Assembly: GCF_037042905.1 (NCBI RefSeq)
Contig: NC_087245.1
Coordinates: 8,930,001 to 8,994,000 of the forward strand
DNA length: 64,000 nt
DNA from: Lytechinus pictus
Lineage: Eukaryota
Direction: 5' to 3'
Shown: piece by piece, positions 26,933 through 40,435 of the stretch
Position numbering within the stretch: position 1 is the first letter of the stretch
Layout of the letters: each line of letters opens with the position of its first letter
The notes under the pieces: generated by a model
Seen by the model: only the letters and a program-made list of their open reading frames with translations
Database searches by the model: none
Told to the model about the DNA's origin: nothing
Translations under genes and position numbers: made by a program

Positions 26933-29900
26933 CAACGAACTCTACTTCGTCGGCAATACATCAACATTAGATCATCCAGCTTTATATTTTGTGGTGTCCC
27001 CGTGATTTGATGACGTCATCACTCAGAAATTGAACTCGATTCTAACACGGGGAGTGACACGCTTTCGAAACAAGCAAAGATCCGATAACTAACACTTATT
27101 ATCCCATTGTAGATAAGCAGCCCATTACAGCTTGCTTTACGGGCAATTGACATTGTATTGGCTGAAAAGTGCAATTCGACGTGAAAGTAGGCGGTTTTTA
27201 GGTATTATGTTTCATTTTGGTTTTTTTATGCTAATAATGATCGAATGGGAGTGGAAAACATTCGAGGATATGTGCATTGGATATGCGAACTGTATGGGGA
27301 ATGCTAATCTTAGAGTATATATTTATATACTCATATTTTTAAAATATTGCTATAATAATCCATAATCAAATGAATCGTTACATTAGAGTTGGGTGATGCT
27401 TTGAATAACTGTAATGGTAGTTGAATGGGCAAAAATATAAAGGGGTTTGCTCGAGTAAATTGTGATTATAATCATGTGAGTAAAATTAACCGATCAGAAC
27501 AATGTCATTGACAAAATGGAATGGAAAATAAAGAAGTTAATGAATTTTATTATGTTAAAAAGTAACTATGCATTTTATTATGTTTGCCCAAAGAGTGAAT
27601 TGATGATCTTATTACATGAAAATCATGATTATCATTTGTTTTTCATACAAAAAATCGCTTCGATAGAAACTAAGTTGCATTTTGGGGCACCTTTTGAAGT
27701 GACTATCGAATAATTTTAATTCTACATAGTAAAATCAAAATGAAGAGTTCGGTGATGACATCTGATTTCGCTCATTGCATGTTCAGGATGTTGTGACATC
27801 ATTCATAGAAAAGTGCTCAATGCGCAGATTCATGACTCTGATATTTTTCAGTTCGACTTTGGTGACGTTATCTTTGTTTTCTTCGGCCAATTTCATTTAA
27901 TTTATTGGAATTATATTATCTTTTGCGTGGATTTTTGCAAATGAAGAAAAAATTATATTCTGATATTATCTTCATAGAACTCGAAGTCACTGCGTCCCGT
28001 TTAGGCATCTATCAACATGATGTAAATGAATGGAATAGTTTTTCCTATGAGTTTGCATGATATCTTGGTGTTTATTCTATTTACTAATTGATTTTTCGTG
28101 ACTGCAAAACTCAAACTTTTATTGACAAAATTGGGATTATGTTATAAGTTTTTAACTTTTTAAATGATCCCCCACATTTACATTTACATACTGTTTCTCT
28201 TCTTGTCTGATTTAAGTATTGTTCATATTTTGGTATATTGTTTTGTGTAGTGTATGTTCTCTTTATGCATCGGAATATATTGTACTGTATTTTGTAATAC
28301 CATCTTTACTCTGTATTGTTCTTTTTATGAAGTGTGGAAATAAATGAATCAATCAATCAAAAAAAAAAAAAAAAAATGATGTAACAAAACTTCTTTGTAA
28401 GCAAAATCAGTTTTTTTTTCTCTCATTTATAACACCATCCAGCAGTAGCCTCAGAGATTAAGTGGGTCAGTTGAAGGTGATATTATCGCCACCTCAGTAA
28501 CAGTGTTTTTGTGATAATGGTATAAATGATTCGTTGTACTCAGTGCGGAGAGCGATTGTAGAACATATATAATTGGAAGAAAGCAGTAGAGAACAAAATA
28601 ATGTAAAGGACTTGTTGTACTATAGGCTTATAAAAAGGGCCTTGGGTCTATTGATGTGATTGTGTATTTTTTTTCTCGCAAAGTCATCGAGATCGAGCGC
28701 TAATTACCATAGGTAATGGGGTTTCATTGCCAATTTATTGAATGATTTATTGGTTTAGGCAATTACCCAAATAATTCTAGTCGTTGAATGTAATTGGGTC
28801 TGATAATCCATTAAACACATGAACTATTTACTGATTTGTATTGTGTTTTTTCATAACTGCAAGGATTCTATACTTTATTTAGACTTAAGTCGGTCAGAAA
28901 ATATATACTACTAAAGCTAGAAACTTGATATTTAAAAAAAAATTATATGGGAGCTGAATATCTTCAAATGCAAGGATCAACTTTGTCACATAAAATCACA
29001 TAACAAAAAACAACAACGTATGAACAAAAAATAAAAGCAAACTTTTACCGATTAGAATGTTGAATGATACTACATTTTAAGTTGGATTACTATTTTTGCT
29101 ATTTACAGAGAATCTTATCAGGTGATTTATTGGTGGTTTTGGGGTGGTAGGTCGCATATATTCTAAGATGTTCTGAGTTGGTACCTAATTCCAGCCAAAA
29201 TATTCGAAAGAGACTACCGTTTTCGTTCATAACTATCGATCGCATTCGTAATTAAATCATATCAAGTTGCTACTTCCTGTAGAAGAATTATAAACAATCT
29301 TTCTTTCATCCATTACCTGTACAATAGTTGGTTGTCTTTAACAATGTATAATGACAAAATAACATGTTGTAAAGATTCTGACCTCATATCAGGAGATGCA
29401 TCCAAACCATAAAATTGAATTTTTATTCTTAGAAGGCTTATTCGTGTAAATAACATACTGCTCTATCTAAAATATACCACATAGGGGGCCTAATATAAAA
29501 ATCCCAAAGGATAAATCATTTCTTTTATCAACATAATATTCCTGTTCTTGGTACATTTGAAAACAACTATCAGTGCATATTTCAAAACAATCAAAAAGGA
29601 AATTAATTTTCCTCATCAAAGCGAATAAGCAATGTAAAGAATGTTATTTAATGCACAAAAGTGATATTCAGAAAAATTGGCTAGCGGCGACATTGGTAAT
29701 TCTTCCTTTATTAACCTTCGATGGTCGTATTTCATGGATAGTGTGTGAGGGGTGAACATCATTCTTATGACGCACTGTCTATAGACATAATTCAAGTTGA
29801 TCATAATAAACACCTAGTGGGAGGTGTAGGCATGGTAGGTGATGGTATGTTTGTTCCAGCCCCCCCCCCCCTTCACCGCTTACATGTTCCATTCATCACT

Positions 29901-30045
29901 ACAGGATCATCACAGTTCTTTCTTCATCACCAAAGCTCATTTTGTGTCATCATCATAATTATAATCATATTTTTTTTTACATCGTCGCCACCATCACCAC
30001 TTCCTTAAACATATTCTATACCATCACAATTGCCATTATTCTTAA

Positions 30046-30588
30046 AGGGGAATGAAACATTTAGAACAAGCGGGCTTGTGTGGAAACAGAAAAAATCAAA
30101 GAACAAGGTCAAAGTAAGTTTGAGGAAAATCGGACAAATAATGAGAAAGTTATGAGCATTTGAATATTGCGATCACTAATGCATTAGCAATGCGACAAAA
30201 ATAAATGATGTAAAATGTGAACAACTTTCCCTTTGATGGACTATAAAATGCCCCCAAAACGTCTTTTCGTTCTTTCTTATGGTGATACAAACTCTTTATC
30301 CACAATGCATTCTCTGAAAATCTGTATTACATGCCCTCCTATAAAAAGAATACATGATCTACTGATAGATGTAATAAAAGAGGCAGTTTAAAAAAAGTAA
30401 TGGCAAAGTTGTTCACAAGTCATGTGTCATCACCTATCTTTGTCGCATTGAAATGGGAGGATCTACATTACAACAATGATCTAAACTTTAAATTCTTATA
30501 ACTTTCTAATCATTTATTTAACTTTTCTCAAACTTTTTTTGATCTGTTTCTTTGATTTTTCTGTTTTTGCACAATATTTTATTTTCCA
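30046..30588. mobile_element. TTAA-flanked (Kolobok-type) MITE, family A
   Basis: TTAA|aggggaatgaaac...; the inverted right arm (ctcaaacttt...gatctgtttctttgatttttctgtt) ends at TTAA 30589-30592. Homologous to 12522-13073. Confidence 0.7.
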
Positions 30589-31212
30589 TTAACATGCTTG
30601 ATGTAAATTTTTCATTATTATCATCGTCATTATCATCAACAACCTTTACAACAACACCAGCAATAACATAATCTATCATTATCAACGGGGTGATCGGGCT
30701 ACCAAGTATCAACATAAAACAAACCATATAAACACTATCATCATCTTCATCATCATCATTTTCTTTATATAGGGGTAACAAGTTGAGTTTGCATATTGGG
30801 GAGCGCCTAAACCTTTACTCTAACAGATAAAGAAATAGAGAAAGTTCATTTGCCCAACGAGTCCAACTTTAGAAGTTCGCCTGTGCATATTCATTGCCTT
30901 GGCCTACACGGTGGAATTGGTGTAGTATGATGTGATATTCAGAAGAAGGCATGTGTCTTCATGAATTCATCTAAAAGATGAGAACCGCAATCAGCGCGAT
31001 TAGAGGAATTACAATAATACGTGCGTAGAATCCCATTCTTCTTATTGGTCGAAAGGTATGTTCCAATTAAAAAAAATAATGGAAAGGTAGTATGCAGATT
31101 AAATATTCTAATCACATTCCCACGAGAATCAGACTAATATCTTTTAAAATGAGAAATGCTTAGGTCTTTTAGATCTATTGATTTTTAATTTCTTGTTTGG
31201 GTATAAAAGCTA

Positions 31213-31530
31213 TTATCATCATCATCATCATCGATCATAATTAATATTATCATTATTTGGCGTTATCTATGCCTGGGAGGCGAAAAGCGATCTGAATCAC
31301 TTTGACCCATATGTTTCTCCTCCCTATTTATCTGATTAGGGGAGTGCACGTAGAACATGGATTCTCAAATTAACGTCCTATCTGAGGAACGGCATATTTT
31401 CCACTATAACATAGCCTGCATTTATGAAACAGGGTAGAGACGCTTACACGCAATGTATAGGCTTCAGTCATCCGCCCGGGGTGGACTCGAACCCACGACG
31501 TTTAATTTGACAGGCAGACGCTTTACCGAG
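31213..31530 (-). mobile_element. tRNA(Asp-like)-derived SINE with Deu-like core and (GAT)n tail
   Basis: Minus strand: ctcggtaaagcgtctgcctGTCaaattaaacgtcgtgGGTTCGAGTCCaccccgggcgg head, central ttcctcagataggacgttaa, 3' (gat)n tail. Confidence 0.65.
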
Positions 31531-33601
31531 AACAACTAACTAAAGTGGTGCTCAAAATTTAGCCAACCCCGCCAGAATGTGTTGAGGTATTTTATTTAGA
31601 AGCCAGATAATATACTATTACATCCAATATTTTTTCCCCTCTGGGCTCGCCGAAAAATGTAGAGTTGTCTATGTTCAATAACCAGCAGGAAGGAGGGCAT
31701 TTGCTGATGGGTTCACTAACTTTTGAGCACAACTGTATGTTTATGTATGTAGCTGTGTGGCATTTTCTATCCTTCGTTTGCATTGTGAATTTTTACTGAT
31801 GATTTCTACGTCTACACATTTTAAATTGGACTGAAGACGGCGTCGGAGGCGGCTCGACTTATGTATATCACTCTTTTTTGATTGCCAGACTGACGCCGCC
31901 TCGAACTGATTCCCCTTTGGATGTGGTTTGAAAGCGCCTTCAAATCCACTTAGGCCGGCTTGACCACTGAACTAGAAATAGCAAACAATAGTATTGCTAA
32001 CGAACAATAGAAAATGTTGACATGAAAAGAAAGGCGGCTCATGTCACGTGATTAAGCGACATAAGCCTGCTGCGCTTTTGCATGTTATGTGTATCAGGGG
32101 AAAAATGATCTCGAAGCGGCTTGAGTCCACTTTCCGCTTTTGTGTATCACCACATTAATGACCGGGGCAACACTGTCACCGGTTTGATGTGCCCCCGGAA
32201 AATCTGGGTCTCTCACACGACACAGCGTACTCGATTATAAAGCAGGTTTAATCTCATCTTTAACCCTATGCCACTAACTTCTTGCCTGTTAGGATCTGGG
32301 ACATTGGGATATACTCTCTTCCTCTTGTATCTCACAAAGGTATAACATTGTTCTTATTTCCGATATCAAGTTATCATGCTTAAATACCTTTGGATCAATA
32401 TTGAGAACGTCCTTCAGGGGCATCCATTTTCATCTAATGGATGGGGTAGAAGAGGGACCTGGTGGAAAGAGGGATATCCGTAGTGAGAAAGAGAGATAGA
32501 ACTGGGAGCAAGGATAGTCATGTTTCATAGGTATGTTGGAGAACGAAGGTATGCAGTTTAAGAAAACAATTCGGAACTAAATTCCGAGCTGGGAGAAAAT
32601 ATTTTGAAGGATCACTTTTTAAACTTAATGAGAAAATTACAGAGCAAAGGCGTGGTTTCGGAGGGTAATTGTACAGAATAGGTTTAGATGTAAAGATAGA
32701 ATACATTTTATCTAATTATGTAACTGAGATGGAAGGAAACAACCGGATGAACATTTGCTATATAAGAACGGGTCCTAGTATACACGGAAATATTCAAAGT
32801 TAGGTTGACCCTCTGTTAATCCGACAATTCGAAGCAAAATTACATTTAAGATGACAGGAAAATCAATTTAAAACAATTATAGAAAAGAATTGAGTTGTGA
32901 AATAAAACCACTTTATGATATATACGAGGGGGCATGTTGGTGATCGAAACTAAGGAAAAGATGAGGGCTGGTAAGCGTCGGCGTGTTGCTAGAATGTAAA
33001 CTCAATCAACAGCATATTATTAACAATTGTTTGATGATTTTACCAAAAACTAGGAAGCAAAACAGTAAATTACAAACCAATAAAACATTTTGGATCTGCC
33101 ACTAATCACTCTCAGAGTGTTGCATCAATTCCTCCAACGCACTCTAACTCTACTACCATCAACCTTCCTATACACTGTAAAATCGTCCAATATGTTATCT
33201 TCAAATCGCCTTGAAGGATAAAATAGAATCCAAAATAAAAATGTTTCATTTACCAAGGAATTGTCCCAAATGATTGGTAGAGGTTGTTGGTATAATGGTA
33301 TTTGAGGTTTCGTTTCCTTTGGGGGAAGTACGATTAGTTTGATAGTATATGATTGTATACCCTTTTATCAGGACTAAGACCGATATCACTAACCAAAAAA
33401 CACTTATCTTTGTCAAAGGTAGTCATAATTGTAACTCTTTTTATTAAAAGTGTAAATAAATGTGAGTTTAGTCACTGGCAATGAATGAATGAAACCCGTT
33501 TCATTAGTGAACATGTTGTTTCCGTCGTTGCTAATAAGGCGAAACCTTCGTAAATGAATTAAACATCGCACACCCACACAGTACGTGGAACACACACTCA
33601 C

Positions 33602-34110
33602 CTGTTGAAGTGGTTAGGGCGAAAGGTGCACAACAAGTGAGCATACTCGTCGTACATTGTGATATTTCGTTTGGTGTGTTTTGGGTTTTAGTGTGCGCGT
33701 TTTTTTAAATCCTATTTTTCCATTTTTGCGGGAACGTATTGTGTCGTCTGCTTCTCAGAGTCACGATCATGCTCGTATTACAGTCTCGGAAAGACGATAG
33801 CATCATCGAGCGGGTGTTCGATGCTCGTTGAGTACCTCTTGCGTGGGAAATGAACCAAGAGAGATGCGGTAAGGCACACCCCTCTTCACCTGGGTGAGTG
33901 CCCTGATGGACCATCGAAGGGGGTACGTTCAGGTGCATAGTCGCATGTGAGGTCGATGAAGAGCAATAAGAGACGTTTAGTTTGTTTCCAAACTTTCTTT
34001 TACGCTGTCCGAAAATTAAACCAAGGGTGCAAAGTCCTAACAAACTTATTTTGATCCCATAATACCGCATTTTCTTATTTCGGTCATATTCTTCTAGGCG
34101 TATACGTCAC
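33602..34110 (-). promoter_or_regulatory. Candidate promoter and first exon of a minus-strand transcript
   Basis: CpG-rich block ending in a consensus donor CAG|GTGAGT at 33602/33601. Possible start acaATG at 33657 (MYDEYAHLLCTFRPNHFN, phase 2). No recognised homology. Confidence 0.35.
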
Positions 34111-37100
34111 CCCACCCCCTTCATTTCAAACCTACTGAAAGCCTTTTCTAAATTTCTGTTCAAAAGTACCAATTGTGAAATCGCTTTACTTACATCATTA
34201 TTGTGAACGTTATCATTAACATATAAGAGTAATGATTGTCACATAAATAATTACAGACACCCTTTCTCAAATAAATCAACCAATTGCTATATGATTACGT
34301 GAGCCCTTTGCGGCGTCTGCTCATCATAAACGTTGTTATATTGAATGGGATGAAATCCTAATTAAACACGGTTGATTTAACAGAAATCCATTACACGGGT
34401 ACACATTCTATTCATGTGTGTATCAGACAATATTTGAACCTGGTGGACTCTCTCTCTCGACACAGTGCAAGCGCAGTTAGACACAAAAGTAATTTTAGCA
34501 CATGCTCTATCGTATTATGACTGCCGAATAATAATTGACTTCAAACAAGCTCGTATATTATTGCTTATGATACTATCATGATTGTCATAAACATTGTTTT
34601 CATTTATAGGCCCATAAACACATTAATCACTTTCATTAATATGAATTATTACTTTTCTAATTTTAATTCATTTAAAACGGTTTATTGCAGCAAGGGTATA
34701 TATAGCGGCTCTAAAACCGAATTGCACAACCCTTTCCAAACATTTACATAAAATACATTCAACATCAAATAAAAATGCTCAATTTACACGAATTCTACAT
34801 CATGAGAAACATTAAAACACATAGGAGGGTTGCTTATCATGTTGGGGACCCATGTATTAAATTATGACATGCATCCCCATCATGATAAACCAAAATTGAA
34901 AATAATGAAAAATACATGCGGCCAAATAACATAAAAACAATGAGTCCTGACTAACCAGAAGTTAGCACGGAAGAGAGGGGAATAAAGAAAAGGGGGAAAA
35001 AAGAGGAAGAGAGAGAGAGAGAGAGAGGATGTGTGTGTGAGTGAGTGTAATAATGAAAATTTCTACTATCCTAGATAGATTTGACTGGATCAGTATGAGG
35101 AGTATATTATTGGAGTTTGGTGGTCACAATGAGATGAAGCATACAATACATAAATACACTTATAATATCATGATATAAATTAACATGAATACTGATAGTA
35201 CATGTATTTAGTGATAAAATTGTGTTTTAAAGTTGAATGGCAAGATTCGTTTTTCTTTCCAGTATTAACATGATTCAAATAATGAAATAATGAGTTCATT
35301 ATCTTAAGTTGTTTACACAGAGCAAAGGACAGAGAGAAGAAAATAAGATAGAATAGGAATTAGAAAGAGAGAGAAATTGAGCGAAAATCAAAAAAAAGAG
35401 GAAGGGAGGGAAAGAGGGAGAATAGGAAGAAAGAGAAAAGTAAAGAGGTGAATTGAGGTAGTAAAACAAAGACAATGGACATAAAGACAGATTGCGAGTG
35501 TACTTGTTATCATTGGTGTCAATATTTTTATTTATTTTTGTATTACTATCTCAATTTCCTCTATTTCGGTTCAGAATCTACCCCAGTCAATGCCAGATGT
35601 CTGCATTGATTCTGTTTTTGCAGAAACAGCATTTAGAGTGAGGTACACAACGATAAGATGGGTCAACTGACTGCCTTTTTCCTTATCTCTGGAATAGGTA
35701 AGAATCTTTTAATATTTTAACGGTTGTATGAAATCGAATTCACTAGCCACATCCAATTTCAGATAGTATTCCGTGTAAATATTCGAACAATATTTGTGAG
35801 AACGTCCTCCCATTTTCAATATTCAATTTCATCCGCTGTATTATCTTTTGATTTTTTAATTTGCCATTTGACAAGTACTAAAAAACCTTTTTATTTAACC
35901 GTAATCTTAGAGCAAGAAACGTTGGAAATTTATTACTGATGGACAAGAAACTTATAAAAAAAAATAGCAGACTTTAAAAAGTAGCAGGCGTATCAAACTA
36001 CATGTATGCTCTACGAAGAAACAGAACCCGAACTAGGAGGAAACTTATTCCAAAACAAATCTATCAACATCGCGGTTAGACGAAAGTGACGTAATTATAA
36101 ACATTTATTGGGAATGTATGAAGCACATGGTGAAGCCCATGAAACTTGTGTTAAGAAGAGTGACATCATCCTTTCATTAATATTGACGGGTATACCAAAA
36201 CATGAAAGGTTATCAAAATCGTCAGAGATTGTCGGTTGGTCGTACATCAAATTATGACATGTCACGTTATACGTGTATCAACAAGTCATAGATATACGGT
36301 ACATCTCACGATTGACACTTTCTTGGTCATTATTTCGTGTGCTCCCTGCCCAACCATGATGGATTTTCTTTCATTGGCATTTACTTTGTTAATGGTATTA
36401 TCAAGGAAACTTATGATTTTGATAAGTGAACAAATCTGATGTTATACATCATTATACACGTGGAAAGAAATCAAAGGGACATTTTCCAACCTTGTGTTTT
36501 TCAAAAATGGATTGTTGCAAACACTATAATCGTTTAGGCATGATATTACAGGATAATATAGACTAAAGAAAATATGTTTGGAAAAAAGTTAGATTTTAAA
36601 CGAGCAAATCTATGAAAATATCATCAAAATCTGATGAAAGATGACCGATTTATGTAATATTTTATATGAGATTACAAATATTATCGTTATTATTTTGTTA
36701 CTTTTTTTTGTGGGGGGGGGGGGTGCTGGATTGTAAAAAGATAATTGGGTTAATATAATAATGCTTAAGATTACCATTTTTGTTACTCAGTATCTGCTCA
36801 CTCAATCATGTAAATCGTATCCATACATATTTTTCACAATCAAATAATGCAAAACGAAATAAAATATGAACGTCACTGTTTTGTGTTTTAATGCAGTTTC
36901 TTTAAGATTTTCAGAGTTTTCTTCTCTTATTTTACTCTTTTTATTGAATTCACATATTTTCAGCCTGAAGTACCTTTCAGCGTCAATTAGTCAAGTTTAT
37001 ACATTATTCATGATTTTATTGACGGCGTCCCATGAATCTGATACGTTCTCTTTATGTTATTTTTTTTTCCCAGGTTTCTGGTCGTCTAGTGATTTGGATA

Positions 37101-38797
37101 GTTGTTTTGGAGCTATTCAAATTAATAATTATTGGCATGAGGGAGGATGGGGTAGATATGTATTGTATGGGATAATATTGATTATTTAAAATATTTCTGT
37201 CAATGTTTTTTTTTATTACGCAATCTTAATTAATGACAGAACTTAGTGAAATGCTGCAATCGTTCGACTTCGTTCTAAAGAATCTTAAGACAGTCCTGCT
37301 ATACAAGTCTATTATCATACTACGGAATTTTTAAGACTTTCATTTCTGCGGTAGGTGTTTGTCAAAAGGGCCGACCGCAGATATATTAATGATAAAAAGC
37401 CTATAAATCATAATTGTTTAGGTTCTATGACGAGATGCAGACCGGATAGTATTAAAAAGGGAGCGTTCATCCTGTTAGCATTTTATGACTTGTAGATTTG
37501 ATGAAATATTATATTTATCGATTATCATTATCATCATCTTCATCATCATACTCATTATCATGAATATAATTTTTATTACTATTATCATTGTTATTATTAT
37601 TATTGTTAATATTATTATATCATAATAAAGTTATACAGAACACGATTTTTCAAACCATATTCTCACCTTCTCAATCTTTCGATTTCCCCCTTTTTTACGC
37701 CCCGTGCATAAATGCAAGAAATCTCTGGTGTAGCAATGAAATACAAGAGCAGTTCATGGTATCGTTATCTATTATGATATTAAATCATGATATTAAGGAA
37801 AAGTTTAATTTAAATACGTCAGAAAGTAATCGGCAATGTGAACTCAATGTTCGTGTCTCTTCTCCTATCAATTCTTGAGCAAATAAATATTGGAGGGTTT
37901 GGTTTGACGGCGTGAAGTGATGCGATCTGCTGAAGATCTGCCAAGAGATCTTGGGAAGTAATCGAAAAAAACAAATGATGTGATTAAATACTGTGTGCTC
38001 AATATCGAGACACGAAAACATTGGTCGATAAATCACCAATAATAATGATTAATCTCATGCAGGGAAATCTAGATTAAAACTGTGAAGGGAAGTAGAAGAC
38101 ACCGTGACACACCCATTATTATTATATTTAATTTTCATGTTTTACTAAAAATCCACTGGATTAAAAAAAAAAAAAACACGTTTCCATTTCAATTTGTGAA
38201 ACATCCGTCATGATGGATTATCTGGTATTAACTCGCCTAAATAATCATGACGAAATTGAATGTTACGAATCATACCTGTCATACCGCCGAATGTGAGTGT
38301 GACGATGTGAATAATGGGAGCGTTTATTGGTCACAATAACGGGTTAACAGTGTTGACCATCCCGACTAGGCTCCTGTTATCATTTCTTAATGTTTACTCA
38401 AGTTTGTTTGATGATCTCATAATAAAAGTTTGAATAATATACTTTAGAGCTCGGTTGGTGTCCAACGACGGGTTAAAGCGACGGATCATCCTTTCCTCGG
38501 CTGTGATAAAAACGGAAAAGAATAATAAAGACTTGTCTACTTAATTCTATTCACACATTCCGTTGAGTGGTGGTGGAGATTAAATCGGAATATGCTTAAT
38601 AACTGTAACGTTTTTTTTTTCTCTCCAAAGAGATGCTTTTCCCCCAAAAGACTAAATTCATTCCCGTAAACACATTATTTTGATATAAAGAGAAAAAAGT
38701 CACCTTTCCACTTTTTAGTTCCCATTTGCAGCAATCTATACAAAGTTGGCATCAAAAATATTAATATGATTTAATTCTTGTACCACCTTAACCCAAA

Positions 38798-39033
38798 CAC
38801 TCTAAATTGCAGGGATGTAAAATAAATCCAGGTGGACTGTGTTTAGGAACCATTTAAATTCCAGACTTATTTTAAATCTTAAAGATTATTTTTTTTTATC
38901 TCGAAGGTTTGAATTTAAATTTTTTGATATTAAAAAAGGGGTTCTTCAGGATTAAAACTAAATCTAGAATTCGATTGGTCGTTATAACTACAGTCCACCT
39001 GGATTTATTTTAAATCCCTTTAATTTAGATATG
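38798..39033. mobile_element. Palindromic MITE
   Basis: cactctaaattgcagggatgtaaaataaatccaggtggactgt is the inverse of acagtccacctggatttattttaaatccctttaatttagatatg. Confidence 0.75.
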
Positions 39034-40185
39034 CCATGTTATTTTTATATCATTATTAGGCCTACTTCTTCCACTTCTGACCTTCTGGTAGAAACTGGTA
39101 TCGATACATGTTGGCGAATAACTGTAATTATTGTAACAATTATTTCTCCGAAGGGAGTTTTATCACTGATTAGAGGTGTACCGAATAATACCCCCCCCCC
39201 CGTGGCGTAATGAGACAAAAATGAGGTGCTAGATATGGCGCATCGGGCAAAATTTATAGAATAAACAAAAAGTTGCGAGCGAGCCAAAAAATTCGACATT
39301 TTTATTACAAATTCCAATTTTGTGATTTATCTTGACATAATGATCAGAATTTTTTTTCTCAAGATATAGGTATTTTGATCTCTAAATTATAATTCATATT
39401 AAGACGTTGATGAAACAATTATGAAACTAGAACTACAGGCATATAATTACAATTATACACGTTATTACCGTCTAATAATAACATACATAGAATGTGAATC
39501 ATTCAAACAAATATTTTAAATTAAATCAATGGATTATCTGTAATATATATAACTTCCAAATGTCAACCAGGATAAACAACTTGAACTAGATAAGGCTAAC
39601 TCGTATATATTACAGTTTTCACATTTATTAGTTTGTCATATTTTAAAATATTATAATTGAAATATCTCTCATAACAAGATTCTATGAATATGAATAAGTA
39701 TATAATACGTTACATGCAAACACTGTTTTCGTTGTGGCGACGTGTACTTGTATTATATATGAATGTATATATCTTCATCACAAAGTGATGGTTTCTCTTT
39801 TGCATTTTCCTACTGTCTGGCCCCTCTCTCCATCTCTCTTTCATTGATACAGTCACCTTTCTTTTTCATTTAACTTGCTTGTCTCTTCCCGCATACTGTA
39901 CGTCATTCCATTTAGTCAAGTATAACTTAATATACAGCTTTCTTATGTAATGTAAATTAACATGTGTCAACTCTTATGTATTGTACCTTATGAATTGTAC
40001 CTGTTCAATCAATATCATGTATTATCACCCTGCCTATTGCCAGTGAAGGGGAGTTTGTCCCATCATCACTGGCAGAGGACCTGGGTTTATTGTACCTTCT
40101 CTATTTTGATTATGAAATAAAGATGATTTATATATATATTTCAGCCTTTTCTCTTCCCTGAATTATTCATTATTTCTTGAAACTT

Positions 40186-40435
40186 GTGGCCCAGTGGATT
40201 AGCCTCCGGAATTTGAAACAGGGGGTTTGAATCCCAGCCATTGCGTAAATTCCTTCAGCAAGAAATTGATTCACATCGTTCTGCTCTCGACCCAGGTGAA
40301 GTAAATGGGTACCCGGCCGGACTAATTCTTTGCACCAAGTGCCTTAAGCCGTTGGATCTAAAGCAGGGGTGATATAGGACGCCATTGAATAGGCAACTAG
40401 ATTAAATAATCGGCGCCTCTCAATGCTATACATCA
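40186..40435 (+). mobile_element. tRNA-derived SINE
   Basis: A box tggcccagtgg and B box ggtttgaatccc, then ccttcagcaagaaattg...ctcgacccaggtgaagtaaatgggtacc, resembling the central motifs of invertebrate tRNA-SINEs. Confidence 0.7.

Noticed and set aside
31470..31530. tRNA-Asp-like sequence (also tRNA-like heads at ~14090-14140 and ~40186-40240)
   Set aside because: Incomplete cloverleafs that continue into SINE body sequence, so these are SINE heads and not tRNA genes.
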